NCBI GenBank assembly: GCA_021613535.1
Contig: CP075493.1
Location: forward strand, 5,952,001 to 6,016,000
Origin: Adineta vaga
Taxonomy: Eukaryota > Animalia > Rotifera
Length of the DNA stretch: 64,000 bases
Reading direction: 5' to 3'
Part shown: piece after piece, positions 47,101 to 59,781 of the stretch
How the letters are laid out: the number at the start of each line of letters is the position of its first letter
Position numbering within the stretch: the first letter of the stretch is position 1
Made by a program: the position numbers and the translations under genes
Notes under the pieces: model-generated
Told to the model about the DNA's origin: nothing
Database searches by the model: none
What the model saw: the letters and a program-made list of their open reading frames with translations, nothing else

Positions 47101-49371
47101 CTGGTGAACGTTCAGCTAATATTTACTTTCAATCGAATACTTTACTTTATAATGGTTATTATCGATATAATTCATCATCGGCACCGATTAATTTCTTCTT
47201 TTTTCAAAATGCTCAACGTTTCTATTTTGGAAATAATTGGTTAAGTAGAAATTTAGGTGGAACTTATATTCAATGTTTTAGTCAATCATTATCATCGATT
47301 TTTAATGGTCATTTGTTCAATAATGTTTTCTTTCGAAATAAGTAAATGACATTCTTTATTTAAAATTCATATATTTATTAATGATTTCTTTAGTAATGAT
47401 TCTGTCTTGACTTTCTATGGAATGGAAATGTCAGCATTTTGTAATTTGTATGCTACACAAAATGCAATTATGTTCAATGATGCATATGATCGAAATATTA
47501 TAGAATTCGATTCAGTTGTAGCGAATTTCAGGTAAATTTCAATTCATTCTATAATAAAATAATGTTTTTATTCTATTTTCGTTCCTTCAGTCGAAATCAA
47601 GTGTATAATAATACAGGAATGAATATTATCTCAATGGTTGGCTTTGAAAAGATTACAGCACCATTTCCAGCTGTTGAAATGAATTCATTTCGAAATAATC
47701 GAGCTGTTGGAAAACTTAATCAACAATTATTTGATCGGTATGTTGAAAAATCGTCTTGTGATGTGGCTTCTTCTAGATTATAAATGTAATTTTGTTTAGC
47801 ACGGGTGCTGTTGTTGAAGTTGGAAATCCAAGACAGATCTATATGTTTAATACATTTGATAATTGGGAAAGTCGATATGAAATGCGAACAAAATCACGAT
47901 TATTGTAAGAATTGACAAAAATGAAACGAGCATTTCTTTGATAAATTTCATTTTGTAGTGAACCCAATCGAATGGAATCGAGAGCTGTCAATGCTTCATC
48001 CAATTTTTGGGGACGAATCGGTGATGTTGATGATATTGGTGCACGAATTTATGATAAATTTGATAATAAATCTTTGATTGAAGTGAATTTCTATTCACCT
48101 TATCTTGACTCAACTCGATTACGTCAGGGTAAATGCGATCCGGGTTGGACACTTGATGATACTCTATGTTATATCTATTTTGGTGCTATAACAACATATC
48201 GTATCGCACAAGAAATGTGTTCAAGTGTCGATGCACGAATAACACGACGGGATACACCGTTGAATCGTCTAGTTATTCTACGTTCATTAGTACGTACATC
48301 ACAATATCAAGGTATTAATAGTGATGCTGTACCTTCATCTGGTATATGGTTACGAAAAGAACATAATCAAGATTGTCGAATATTTAATGATATGCAAACG
48401 ATGGATGTTAGTTGTGGTTCAACAGCGGGTTTCATTTGTGAAAAGGGTAATCGATGAATTTATTTATATTAGAAAAGGTAATCTCTTAAAAATATTTTTT
48501 GTTTTGTTTAGAACAACAATTCGATGGTGTAAAATATGTTATCCGCGGTGATTTACTTCTTGCAATTGCTTGTTTGATTCTGATGATTATTTTAATCATT
48601 CTATTTCTTTGTTGTTGGTTTTGTAAATCTCGTCAACGTCGTAAAGATAATTTTCATCGACAAAACTCTCTGCGTCGTAGTGTAAAACAAGAAATGAATA
48701 AACAATCAACTTTATCATTACATAAAAGTAATGATAATACACTTGTAAAAAGTTCCACATTATCAACATTAACAAATGGTACAACAAATAAACTTCCACT
48801 ATCGTCTTTATCCCTATCCAGTCGACCATTGAGTAGTGTTACAATGAATTCAGATCAAGATTTATCTACAGCATCTCCAGCGCATCATGATTTTTCACTC
48901 TTAAAATTAAATCATCATATTCCCAAAGCATCAACACCTGCTTTAAGTGACGATACAGGTTCTCAACGTGCACTTGTGCTTAATACACATACCGATCAAT
49001 CAAGTGTTTATTCAACTGCGACAGCAGATTCAGCAACATTATATCGAAGTCGACGACGTTTTGAACGTAATCAAACTCCTGTTATAACTCCATCCGCACC
49101 ACCTGTAACACATCGACGTTCACGTCGAAATCTTAATCAACAAGATTCAAGTGCAAGTGTTTCAACTGGTTCGGTCTCTCCACCTCCTGCTTATGTATCT
49201 CCTGCGCATCAACCACGTCGACATCGACCCGATCAACTTCATTTAATTACACCAAATACTCAAAGTCGAAAAGCATATTCTACAAATATTCAAATCGATT
49301 CTCATTCACAAACAAGTAGTCGAAGTAGTACTCGACATGAAATTCCACCACCATTGGAAACAGATATTTAA
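38134..49371 (+). CDS. bark: Bark beetle/Anakonda-like giant type I membrane protein (3x SRCR + CUB-like + beta-helix, C-type lectin, TM, PDZ-binding tail)
   Basis: Signal peptide; three SRCR units (RLVDG..GLLQ, MLIDG..EGRL..GTVC, IRLD..EGFLQ); N-rich PbH repeats; ATVNWWG/ASSNFWG; CDPGW..CYIY..FICE; TM; ends PLETDI. Confidence 0.85.
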
Positions 49372-49761
49372 TCTCATTGTATTTTTTATTCCTTTTTTTT
49401 TCATTTTAATCTCAGGAATTTCAAGGTGCTATAAAAGTACTTGCCATGCATATAACCAAACATGTACAGAGAAGAAAAAACCATAATGAAAACATAGAGA
49501 AAAAAGTATTTTTTTTGATGTTGTTTTAACGACTATCATGTACGCGTCTTTTTTTTGTTTTGCTGTGTTCTAGTTTCCTTTGTAATTATAATGCGTTTGA
49601 ATGCTATTATTTGTTTTGCTTTTCTTTATATGATAAAAACTATACCAAACGAATAAATCAGAGTTAGATTTACATCTTTTGTATTCATTAGTAAATTGAA
49701 TGAAGTATACAATTGTTCATGATTTCAAATTCAAGGTGAACCTCTCATTCTTCTAGATTTC

Positions 49762-50595
49762 ATGGCTTCAATAAGTATCGATCTCGAACGTTTACAAACA
49801 TTTCTGAACAATCATCAAACAACTAATCGTCCAATTGTTTTAATCACATCCGGTGGTACAACAGTTCCATTAGAGAAAAATACCGTTCGTTTCATTGATA
49901 ATTTCAGTACAGGGCAACGTGGTGCTGCATCTGCAGAGTATTTCTTAGAACGAAATTATATTGTACTTTTCTTTCATCGTGCATCATCAACTTTACCCTA
50001 TCAACGTCATTTGAACAATATCTTCGACGAATCAAAATCAAATCAAACCTATTATCTTGATCAGTATCATAAAAATAAAACTTCTCTTCTATTGATTCCT
50101 TTCCAAACAGTAGCAGATTATCTTACAGGTCTTGAACAACTTTGTTCTTCGTTAAAACCATTCAAACAATCAGTATTAATCTATGCTTGTGCAGCTGTTT
50201 CCGATTATTATATTCCAAATGATGAATTAACTGAACATAAAATTCCTTCGGGCCAAAATGAATTAATCATTCGTCTGAAACCAGTACCTAAATTGTTAGG
50301 TTTGATCAAAGGTCAATATACACCCGAAGCATTTGTTGTTTCATTTAAATTAGAAACGGATGAGAAAATTTTGGAACAAAAATGTTTACAATCAGCAGAA
50401 AAATATCATCAAGATATTGTCATTGGAAATATGTTAAAAACACGAACAAATCAAGTTCGAATCTATGAAAGACTGAGTAAACAATGGACAACCATCAATC
50501 GAACACAACAAGATGAACAACAGAATGAAATCGAATATCAAATCATTGACTTTTTATATGAGAAACATGAAATTTATCGAATGAATTCGAATTAA
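49762..50595 (+). CDS. PPCS: Phosphopantothenate--cysteine ligase
   Basis: [54 protein letters not shown]. Confidence 0.95.
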   Translation: MASISIDLERLQTFLNNHQTTNRPIVLITSGGTTVPLEKNTVRFIDNFSTGQRGAASAEYFLERNYIVLFFHRASSTLPYQRHLNNIFDESKSNQTYYLDQYHKNKTSLLLIPFQTVADYLTGLEQLCSSLKPFKQSVLIYACAAVSDYYIPNDELTEHKIPSGQNELIIRLKPVPKLLGLIKGQYTPEAFVVSFKLETDEKILEQKCLQSAEKYHQDIVIGNMLKTRTNQVRIYERLSKQWTTINRTQQDEQQNEIEYQIIDFLYEKHEIYRMNSN

Positions 50596-50993
50596 ATCCA
50601 TTATCTCTTCTCTGTTCTTTTTAAAAAAAAAATTTTTCTTATTCCTTATTGGAAACTTTCGCTACATTTGCGGATATTGATTCTCTAGGCTTTCTTTTTT
50701 TCGGAAGTGCAAATGCTGGTGGATTGATGTGCATTTTTTCTTGACTTGGTGTTGAAGCGATAATCGTTGATAAATTCTTCAAAACCATCGGTAAGGTTTC
50801 ATCGAGTAATTGTTGTTCTGTGGCTTGAAAATCTGACTTTTTCCATGCTTTTCGAAGTTCATTAAGAATGATTTTATAATTAGGTCCTTGTTTGATACGT
50901 TTTAATGCAAGCATTCCAGGAGATACAGGAAAATGTGGTAAGGACCAGTCATTGAATTGTTGAACTTCATTTAAATGATGCTGATATTTCAAT
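50427..50993. repeat. Left copy of direct repeat (PPCS 3' end + TRNT1 3' end)
   Basis: Starts aaatatgttaaaaacacgaac and ends gatatttcaat; matches 53058-53562. Confidence 0.92.
50639..50993 (-). pseudogene. TRNT1: Orphan duplicate of the last ~117 codons of TRNT1
   Basis: Matches 53208-53562 apart from two substitutions seen by eye; truncated exactly at the MITE terminus. Confidence 0.9.
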
Positions 50994-51403
50994 CAGAGAC
51001 GTGCACGAGGCAAAATGGTCTGTTTTAGACCCAAATCTATTAGTAACACAATGTGTGTGCTAAAAATGTGAGAACAATATTTTACAATGCAGAAACCACT
51101 GATCTACATCTACACGTTGGTGCACTTTATTTTAACATTGAATGTAAATAAAAGGAATAATTGATTCTATAGTGCTATTGCGGAAGTTGTCCCACGACAG
51201 TCTTGGGGATATTTGCTTTGTAACACTGTACAACCGATTAATTGTTTTAGTTACGTCCAATGTTAAAATAAAGTGCACCAACGTGTAGATCAAAAGTTTC
51301 TGCATTGAAAAATATTGTTTTCACATTTTCAGAACACACATTGTGTTACTTATACGTAGATTTGGGTCTGAAACAGACCATTTTGCCTCGTGCAACGTCT
51401 TTG
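50994..51403. mobile_element. Fold-back/MITE non-autonomous DNA transposon (~410 bp, near-whole-length palindrome)
   Basis: Ends cagagacgtgcacgaggcaaaatggtctgttttagacccaaatcta ... tagatttgggtctgaaacagaccattttgcctcgtgcaacgtctttg; internal arms also pair (atctacacgttggtgcactttattttaacattg / caatgttaaaataaagtgcaccaacgtgtagat). Confidence 0.9.
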
Positions 51404-51696
51404 TTGATCGATTTAGTAGTCTAGTTTATTTGTATATAAATTCTTGATAAATAAACGCAGGTTTGTGTAACAACGTTTGAATAATTTGAGTCGAGGTAAA
51501 ATGAAAATGAATACAAAGAAAAGCAAACGAATGCAGAACATAAATAATCGAGTTATTTCTATTGTTTGAATTCTCAATATGAATTGGAATACTCTAAAGA
51601 TGAAGCACATCTTTACTTAAAATCTATAGATCCTATTATTTGAAATTTCCTAGACGTTTGTAGAGTGACCGAGTTTGTGCTAATTTACAATGTAAA

Positions 51697-52155
51697 TTAA
51701 TGCGGTGCCTGTCGATGAGTATGTCTATTATGTCGGACTACACTAATGTTCCAATTCGGCGAAAACGTTGATTTGCTGAGGATGGAGTTGAATTTGTTGC
51801 TGTGGTGGTGGTTGAGACGGGATCGAATTTGTAATCTTTTTGTTACTTATGAACCATTTTCATTACCAGTTCTTAATTGCCTCTTCAGATCAGGGTTTTC
51901 TTGTTCCAACTAAAAGGAAAGATCAAATGGTGTGTATATATATATATATATATATATGTCCTAATTGAAAATGTACTTGTGCTATCCCAGGACATAGACG
52001 CAGGAACCAGATAAATCCTGCCAAAGGATCCGTTTACGGGTTTACTGCTTTCATGAAAACTCTAGAATTCTCTGGAACCGACCGTTTCCACGCCGGATTG
52101 CTCGACCTGGAATGTTCTCCAATAATTTTTTGTTAATTTCATCCTTGGCATTATT
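51697..52155 (-). pseudogene. Degenerate intron-containing gene fragment (coiled-coil-like)
   Basis: NNAKDEINKKLLEN[MITE]IAQ | intron 51910-51976 | LEQENPDLKRQLRTG.. with stop codons downstream. Confidence 0.5.
51986..52111. mobile_element. Short GC-richer MITE with CCCAGG...CCTGG(A) termini and 2-bp AT target duplication (EnSpm/CACTA-like)
   Basis: at|cccagg...cctgga|at; removing it plus one AT restores the host reading frame. Confidence 0.65.
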
Positions 52156-53057
52156 CTAAAAATTGAAAAGAAACATTGTTACAATCATCAATCACTCATG
52201 TAAAAACTGTTCAAATTCTAACTAAAATCTAATTTAATAATTGTTTGACATGTTAAAAATGAGTTTCGATCAATTATTGCGTGACAAATCGATCAAAATC
52301 AGCGTTTTCTACGTTTTTGGTGACGAAAAGCTTGTTAATGATAAATCAAACAACAACACGAAGGCATGCATACACAGGCAAAATGTTTAACAAAGGTAGT
52401 TCATGCAAATAATCATTTACATAACTACATAATCACTTTTGAAATGTGACCACGGCACGATGCGGCGCGTCTCATTTTAAACCGCTATGGATACTGCTGC
52501 TCCTCTATTTTCTACAGCAAAAATTCTTTTTGAGTCTTAAGTTTTCTTCCAGTAGATATATCTACATCTCTCCTATTCATATCATAGGAATTTTTGGCCA
52601 TCCCGAACTGAAAAACTAGTGAAAAGACAAGGTTTTCAAAGTCCAGATCTAGTATAGCAAACGTTATTTAAGCAAAATCCATGCATAATTAAATGAAGCA
52701 TCCTCTGGTTCAAAATAATAGAAAATAAAATCGGAAAAGCAGTTCTTTTCGTTTCTTTCTGAAAGTTGGTTTCTCGAATCCCAAAATCATATTTTCTCGA
52801 GAATACGTTCAACCAATGGGACTCAAAACTTTAATCTGATGCATTTTGACAATCTTATCAAAATTGAAATTCTTGGAAAACGGAAGATTTCTACGAATGC
52901 TTTTTGATTTTGGGGTCTCGTTTGCTGATAAATCAATAAAAAACACGGACGTCGCATTGATTCTACTATCTGTAGTAAGCACGAGGAGTAAGTGAGCGTA
53001 TGGATGTTCACGGTATCGTCATTTCGCATCAACATCCGCACCCATACCCACGCCCTC

Positions 53058-53562
53058 AAATATGTTAAAAACACGAACGAATCAAGTTCGAATCTATGAA
53101 AGACTGAGTAAACAATGGACAACAGAATGAAATCCACTATCTCTTCTGTATTTTTTTAAACAAATAACTTTATTTTTAACAAAAAAAAAACAAAACAAAC
53201 TTTTTTCTTATTCCTTATTGGAAACTTTCGCTACATTTGCGGATATTGATTCTCTAGGCTTTCTTTTTTTCGGAAGTGCAAATGCTGGTGGATTGATGTG
53301 CATTTTTTCTTGACTTGGTGTTGAAGCGATAATCGTTGATAAATTCTTCAAAACCATCGGTAAGGTTTCATCGAGTAATTGTTGTTCTGTGGCTTGAAAA
53401 TCTGACTTTTTCCATGCTTTTCGAAGTTCATTAAGAATGATTTTATAATTAGGTCCTTGTTTGATACGTTTTAATGCAAGCATTCCAGGAGATACAGGAA
53501 AATGTGGTAAGGACCAGTCGTTGAATGGTTGAACTTCATTTAAATGATGCTGATATTTCAAT
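53058..53562. repeat. Right copy of direct repeat (deleted PPCS 3' remnant + functional TRNT1 3' end)
   Basis: Matches 50427-50993 with 29-nt and 66-nt deletions in the PPCS part. Confidence 0.92.
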
Positions 53563-55032
53563 AATTCAACGATTTTTTCTTTGATTTCAGGATCATATAA
53601 AGATAAATCAGCAAGAAGATCTTTATAAGGTTTTAATGGATCATTAGATGTGGAACTGAGTGGAGATATTGAATCACGATATGTTACTAAGAGTTGTGAT
53701 AAACGACGAGAATCATTGGAATATCGCATACGTTTTTCGAAATTTGCTAACTAAATAAGAAAGATTCTTCAATATCGCGGTTGGATAATTTTAGAAAATG
53801 TCTAGTTTATATGAAAAAATAGTTGTTTATTTACTTCATTCATATTACGAAAAAGTTTTGTCAAGATTGTCAATGCTTGTGGATTTGCTTGATAGCATTT
53901 TCTCCAATGATCTTCTATTTCACTGTAATCACAGTTTGTCGGGATACCTAGAGAACAGTTCAATGTTTTGATATGAGCAAACAAGAAATAAGGAGATCAT
54001 ACCGAGATATTCACCGATCTTCTGTTCCAGCATTGCTTTCAATGTTGGACCTGCGTTTCGTCCTTCAGCAATGCGTGTCAATTCGATCCATAGACGTTCA
54101 CCAGATATATCTAAGAAGAAGAAGAAAAAGAAAAGAAATAGAATAATCATTTATGATATTTTTAAGATTCAGTATCCTACTTTGTAATCCACTTGCATTT
54201 TCTCGAATTGCTTTTAATGTTTGTTCATCATGTATAGTATTTTCATTGGCAAGACGACCAAAAAATCTATATATTCAAACAAGAAAGAGTTTCATTCATT
54301 TATAATAGAACTAGTGTACCGAAAATATCGAAGAATACGTAGATAATCTTCTCTTATACGTTGTACTGCATCACCAACAAATCGTATGCGACGATGTTTT
54401 AGATCATCAATTCCATTGTAATAATCATAGATAGTTCCTTCTAAATCTAAATAAAAGAAATACAATCATTGAGATAGATACAAATGAAAAGAAAACTAAC
54501 CAAGAAAGAGAGCATTTATCGTAAGATCTCTTCGACTAGCATCTAGTTCCCAATCTTTAGTGTATTCAACAACTGCATGTCGACCATCTGTTACGACATC
54601 AACTCTTAATGTTGTAACTTCAAAATTTTCTTTATCATCAAGACGAGCTGTAATTGTGCCATGTCGTTCACCGTTGAAATTAATCATTCGAATATTTGCA
54701 TCCGATAACATCCGTTTGACTTGTTCCGGTGTTGCTGTTGTTGCAAAATCAATATCATGTGGACGAATACCCATAAGCAGATCTCGTACAGCACCACCAG
54801 CCATTCGTAATTCATATTGATTTGCTTTAAATAATTCGGCTAGTTTCAATAGAGATGGTGTTAGTAAAGTTCGATATTCTGGTGAATCGATCTTTTGTGT
54901 AATTAACATTTTTGATTGTGCTCGATAACGAACAACGGTTGGTATACGAGAAAAATTTTTGAATGAAAAAAAGATATTTGAACAAATCGGCTTGAATAAA
55001 AACAAGCGATTTGAATGACAACATAGTATCAT
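53208..55032 (-). CDS. TRNT1: CCA tRNA nucleotidyltransferase (with mitochondrial-presequence-like N-terminus)
   Basis: [66 protein letters not shown]. Confidence 0.95.
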
Positions 55033-55308
55033 CTAAAAAACATGAAAATCTTTTCGATAAATTTCTTATCGTTGACACTTGAAATTCTATGTTGAAAAAA
55101 TGTTATTTTTATCAATACACTCATTTCTTGACAAGCAATAACAACATTCATTTGGATTCCTATTTAACTATTCTAATGACACTTGTATTCGACGTTTTTT
55201 ATAATTTGAATAAGTAAATAAAATGTCATATTCTTGTTTTTTACTCTTTCAAACACTTGCTTTTTCGACAAATTAATGTTCGTTAAAAACTGATCCAACA
55301 ATATCTCA

Positions 55309-56094
55309 ATGAAACGATCTATTGAACAGTTAAAACATTTAGATCGAACATCACGACAAATGCGTCACCATCGAATTTGTTTAAATCATATGTATAGTCA
55401 AAAATTATCATATGAATTAAATACTTTAACTAATGAATATACACAAAATCTAAAATATTCAAAAAAACAACATCAAATTGAACAACAACGAAAAGAAATT
55501 TTAGATCTTACAATTCAACAAATTAGTCATGAACGGAAACATCGTTCATTGTTTATCGATACAATATCTCAAAAAGATGAAAATCGAGGTGTAGCATGTG
55601 GTAGGAATAATCAACTGAACTAAACTTGTTTCCTTAGTTTATCTTTTATAGAAAATCCACGATCGAATATTAAATTACCTCCGATTAAATCTTATTGTTA
55701 TCTTACTTCACAACAATGTCAATTATATCCCTGTCAACCAATTTATCAGTATACCAGTTTTATGGCAAAAGATCATGATCAGACATTACGACAACAAAAT
55801 CTGACGAATAACGATGTTGAAGGGAATTATTTTCAAAATTTACTTAGAAATCTACAAGATAGAAAATATCATCCAGAACGTCGACAGTTAACAGCTGTAG
55901 TAAAAAATCAACATCATCTAGCGAATCGACATGCATACATGAGGGATACAAAAGCACGTCTTGATGAACAAAGTCGTTTATTACATGAAAGATTAACCGA
56001 TAAAAGAATGTTTGGATATAGAAAAGAACGTCAAAATGAATTACATCAATCAATTAAACGTCATTTAGAAATTTCTGGAAAATTTTGCGCATAA
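55309..56094 (+). CDS. Uncharacterised basic, coiled-coil-rich protein (2+ exons)
   Basis: Two ORFs joined by a GT-AG intron (~55601-55650); no family recognised. Confidence 0.55.
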
Positions 56095-56145
56095 GAAAAG
56101 AGACAAAAAAAAATAAATTTTCTAATGACGTGTCCTTTTTTCCTT

Positions 56146-57421
56146 TCAGACATCCTCAAATTCGAGTTCATTGGACGCATCTTTGCTACTTTTTTCTTTG
56201 GATACTGATGAAGCCATAACATTTTTGAAAATATCTTCAGTCAACATCATTCCACTATTCCATGTATTCTAAATAAGTTTATACAATAAACATAAACTTT
56301 GAGCTACTGCTTTTTTCTGAACATACCACGAAAGAAAAATTATCATCGACTGTATGATCACGAGCATAATTCAAATTGATTTTTGAACCTTGAACAGCAA
56401 TAGGACTCTTACGAGCAATTTCACTTGCTAATGAAATAGCTGCTTCGAGAAGAGCATCACGAGTATCATATACTCGACTAAATCAGTCGTAATGGTCTTC
56501 ATTACTGTAAATCTCTATTGTAAATCTTACCCGATAAGACCTATTTGTTGTGCTTCATCGGTTTTAAATATACGTGATGTAAATACTAGTTCACGAAAGA
56601 GACTATGATTAATGACTGATTTTGGTAAAATTTGAAGAGTACCAACATCTGCTGCTAAACCCATATCAACTTCCTATAAAGAAGAAAATCGATCTTCGAA
56701 AAAACGTATTTACGAATGAATATCTACTTTTATTGAAAATAATGCGTCTCGTGAACTATAACGAATATCACAACAAGCTGTTAGATCTACACCAGCACCG
56801 ATACAATGACCGTGAATAGCGGCAATCACTGGTTTTTCACACTAAAGATCACGAATGTTATGTCTATATAGAACAATACATACTTATGCTTTACTTTATC
56901 AACTGCTCTTAGGGATGCTTGTGTTCTTTGAATCATACGTCGTACAAGTACTACTTTTCGAGCAATATCATCGATCTGACTCAGTTCATTTACAGTTGTA
57001 ACTGATAAATATTTCAAATCAATACCTTCATAGAACAAGTACTAATATCGAAAATAAAGATTTCAAATAGAAAGAAAACATACCAGCACTGAAGGCTTTA
57101 CCTGCACCAGTTAAAACTATTGCACGACATGACTTTTCAGTATTTAATTGTTCGAAACATGTTTTCAATTCACTAAAAAGAAGACAAATAGTTTCATTGA
57201 TATATATATATACGTCAATAGAATAGGATGTTTTACTCGAATAATTGTTTGTTCATAGCATTGAGTTTAGTTGGTCGATTCAATTCAACAAGAACGACAT
57301 GAGATTGAGGTTGAGTTAATTTTAATGTTTCATATGTAGGTAACGATGACATACATCGATGAATAGATCGAAGTGTTGAATGATCTATATTAAAGGATTC
57401 TGTATTAATAGTAGAAAACAT
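56146..57421 (-). CDS. ECH1: Delta(3,5)-Delta(2,4)-dienoyl-CoA isomerase (crotonase family)
   Basis: [85 protein letters not shown]. Confidence 0.92.
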
Positions 57422-58394
57422 TTTAAAATTATCTTACTTAAGTAGGTTCGGAACATTTTGATTGTAGATTAGAATCAATCGATCTGTATTAAAAAATGTA
57501 GTTCTTCTTCTTTAGAAAACATATGTATATGAACAAATTCTTATTATTGGATATAACGAATATTCAGTTGTAATGATGTAATGTTCGTAAAGAGAGGGCG
57601 CTGGATATCAGTATGATTTTCGTGATCGAATTGAATGAAAGAACAAATACAGTAAACTTAAAGTTAACAGATATGGATTCATAATTCACATGGTTTCTGT
57701 AATGTTCGATATCATTGAATAGCATATATATATTCTTGTCGAAATACAATTAAAATTAGTATGGATCTGGATGCAGTTGAGATGAGACCACTATCTTGAC
57801 GATGTTAATCAGAAATATCAAATTTAAGATTGATGCATCTTTAGTCTCGTATTTATTAGTAATACTACACAACGTGTATGACTAATACAAAGAAAAAGAA
57901 ATGAAATTGAACAAATATATAATTACAAAAGCAAATAGTTAAACTGTCTATTGAAAATCTGAAACAAGTAGAACAGTTTCAGTTTCGATGCTTTCTTGTT
58001 GTTGTTGTTATTCACTCTTCGCTAACTTCTAATTCTCGAGATCATATGGCTTTACAAAAATCACACTTTTTATGCACCAAAGAAAGAAAACTGATGAACG
58101 ATCATAAAAATACTATGTTAACAGAACGTATTAATAATAATAAAAAGACGTGAAGAAATTTAGTAATATGATACTAGTGGGCCGTATTAAAAAAAGCCCA
58201 TGAACGATCTTATAAATGGAGATAAATTATTTGAACAGCTTTTCTCATCAGACGTTAGTTTTCATTCTGATTTAGGTCGCCTCTTTTACGTTATTACTAT
58301 CTTTATCTTTACTTTATAAAAGTATTTTAATAAAAAAAAAGATCATAAATAAAGATATATCGTTTTCAACTTGAAGATTAACGATTCTCTTCAT

Positions 58395-59408
58395 ATGTCG
58401 TCGACTCTTTCACCAACTGAGACGCATCTTATCGATCTATTGATCGATATTTCTTTGCAAATCAATCGTTATTTCTCTATATTCATCTTTATTTTCGGAA
58501 CTAGTGGTAATATTCTAAATATTATTATTCTTTCTGATCGAACGATTCGTCACATTCCATGTGTTTTCTTTTTTTTTATTGGATCTATTGCAAGTTTGAT
58601 TTCAATTGATTTTGGTCTTATTACTCGAATGTTATCTGGTTGGGCCGCAGATCCGACTTATACAATCGGTTGGCTATGTAAATTACGTACATTTCTTGTC
58701 TTTGCATCTCGTCCAATTGTATTCTGGTTATTTGTTCTTGCTACTATCGACAGATGGTTATCATCTTCGATATATAATCATTATCGTAAATTAAGTACAA
58801 TAAGGAATGCTCGTTATGGAACACTTGTCATTATAATGATGTCAATAGTTGTCTATGCTCAAGTATTTTATTGTTATGAAGCTAATCTTTTCAATACACC
58901 GTTTCAATGTTATACCAAATCATCATTATGTCAAATTATAACTGATATGACATTTGCATTATTTACAACGATAATACCTTTACTTCTAATGTTCACATTC
59001 AGTTTGATGACCATTTCCAATATTCATCAAAGTCAACGACGATTATTTCACACAACAAATCTATCATCAATTTTAAATCAACAACAACAGCAACAACGAC
59101 GATCAAAGAAAACTGAACGTCATCTGTTATGGATGGTTTTCACACAAATTATTGTTCTTGGTACGTTAACTCTTCCGCAAGCTATTCAAAGATTATATGC
59201 CGCATTCGTTGAATCGTTTGAATCTCAATTACAGACTACTATTGATATGTTTATCTATAATATTTTATTGCTATTGACTTATCTAGCGAGTGCAATGCCA
59301 TTTTATATTTATACATTAACTGGTGGAAGTTTATTTCGTAAACCATTACTACATTTATTACAAAGCATCTTATCAATTCGTGCTATATCAGTAATGAAAA
59401 CAAATTGA
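58395..59408 (+). CDS. Orphan rhodopsin-like GPCR, intronless
   Basis: GTSGN in TM1, LCKLR, IDRW, PFYIY..GSLFRK helix 8. Confidence 0.87.
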   Translation: MSSTLSPTETHLIDLLIDISLQINRYFSIFIFIFGTSGNILNIIILSDRTIRHIPCVFFFFIGSIASLISIDFGLITRMLSGWAADPTYTIGWLCKLRTFLVFASRPIVFWLFVLATIDRWLSSSIYNHYRKLSTIRNARYGTLVIIMMSIVVYAQVFYCYEANLFNTPFQCYTKSSLCQIITDMTFALFTTIIPLLLMFTFSLMTISNIHQSQRRLFHTTNLSSILNQQQQQQRRSKKTERHLLWMVFTQIIVLGTLTLPQAIQRLYAAFVESFESQLQTTIDMFIYNILLLLTYLASAMPFYIYTLTGGSLFRKPLLHLLQSILSIRAISVMKTN

Positions 59409-59781
59409 TGTTCATACTATCTAATAAATCGTTAGTATTAACGCTTGAAGTTAAACAACATATCTCTATCAATCATTAAACATATATTATGACAGACTTC
59501 AGTTTCTTTCAATGAATCATTTCGTTCAAATGTGGATTTGCATACTTTATGTAAAAGTAAATGTGATCTATTTCAGATTTTCATTGAATAAATTGTATTT
59601 GACGTACGATCTATTCAGATGCAAAAATATACCGTATTCTGAGACTTTCGTTTTATATGTATTAATTAAAGGGAAAAAAAAGAAACTTATAAGTAAAAAA
59701 AAACAAGCAGTAGAGATTTTGTTGATTCTATTCAAATAGCATGTAGCTAAATGTCAATTACTACGAAAAACATTGTAAAAG

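Noticed and set aside
50639-50992. 117-aa ORF as an independent gene
   Set aside because: Begins at a non-ATG codon at the duplication breakpoint; it is a truncated TRNT1 copy
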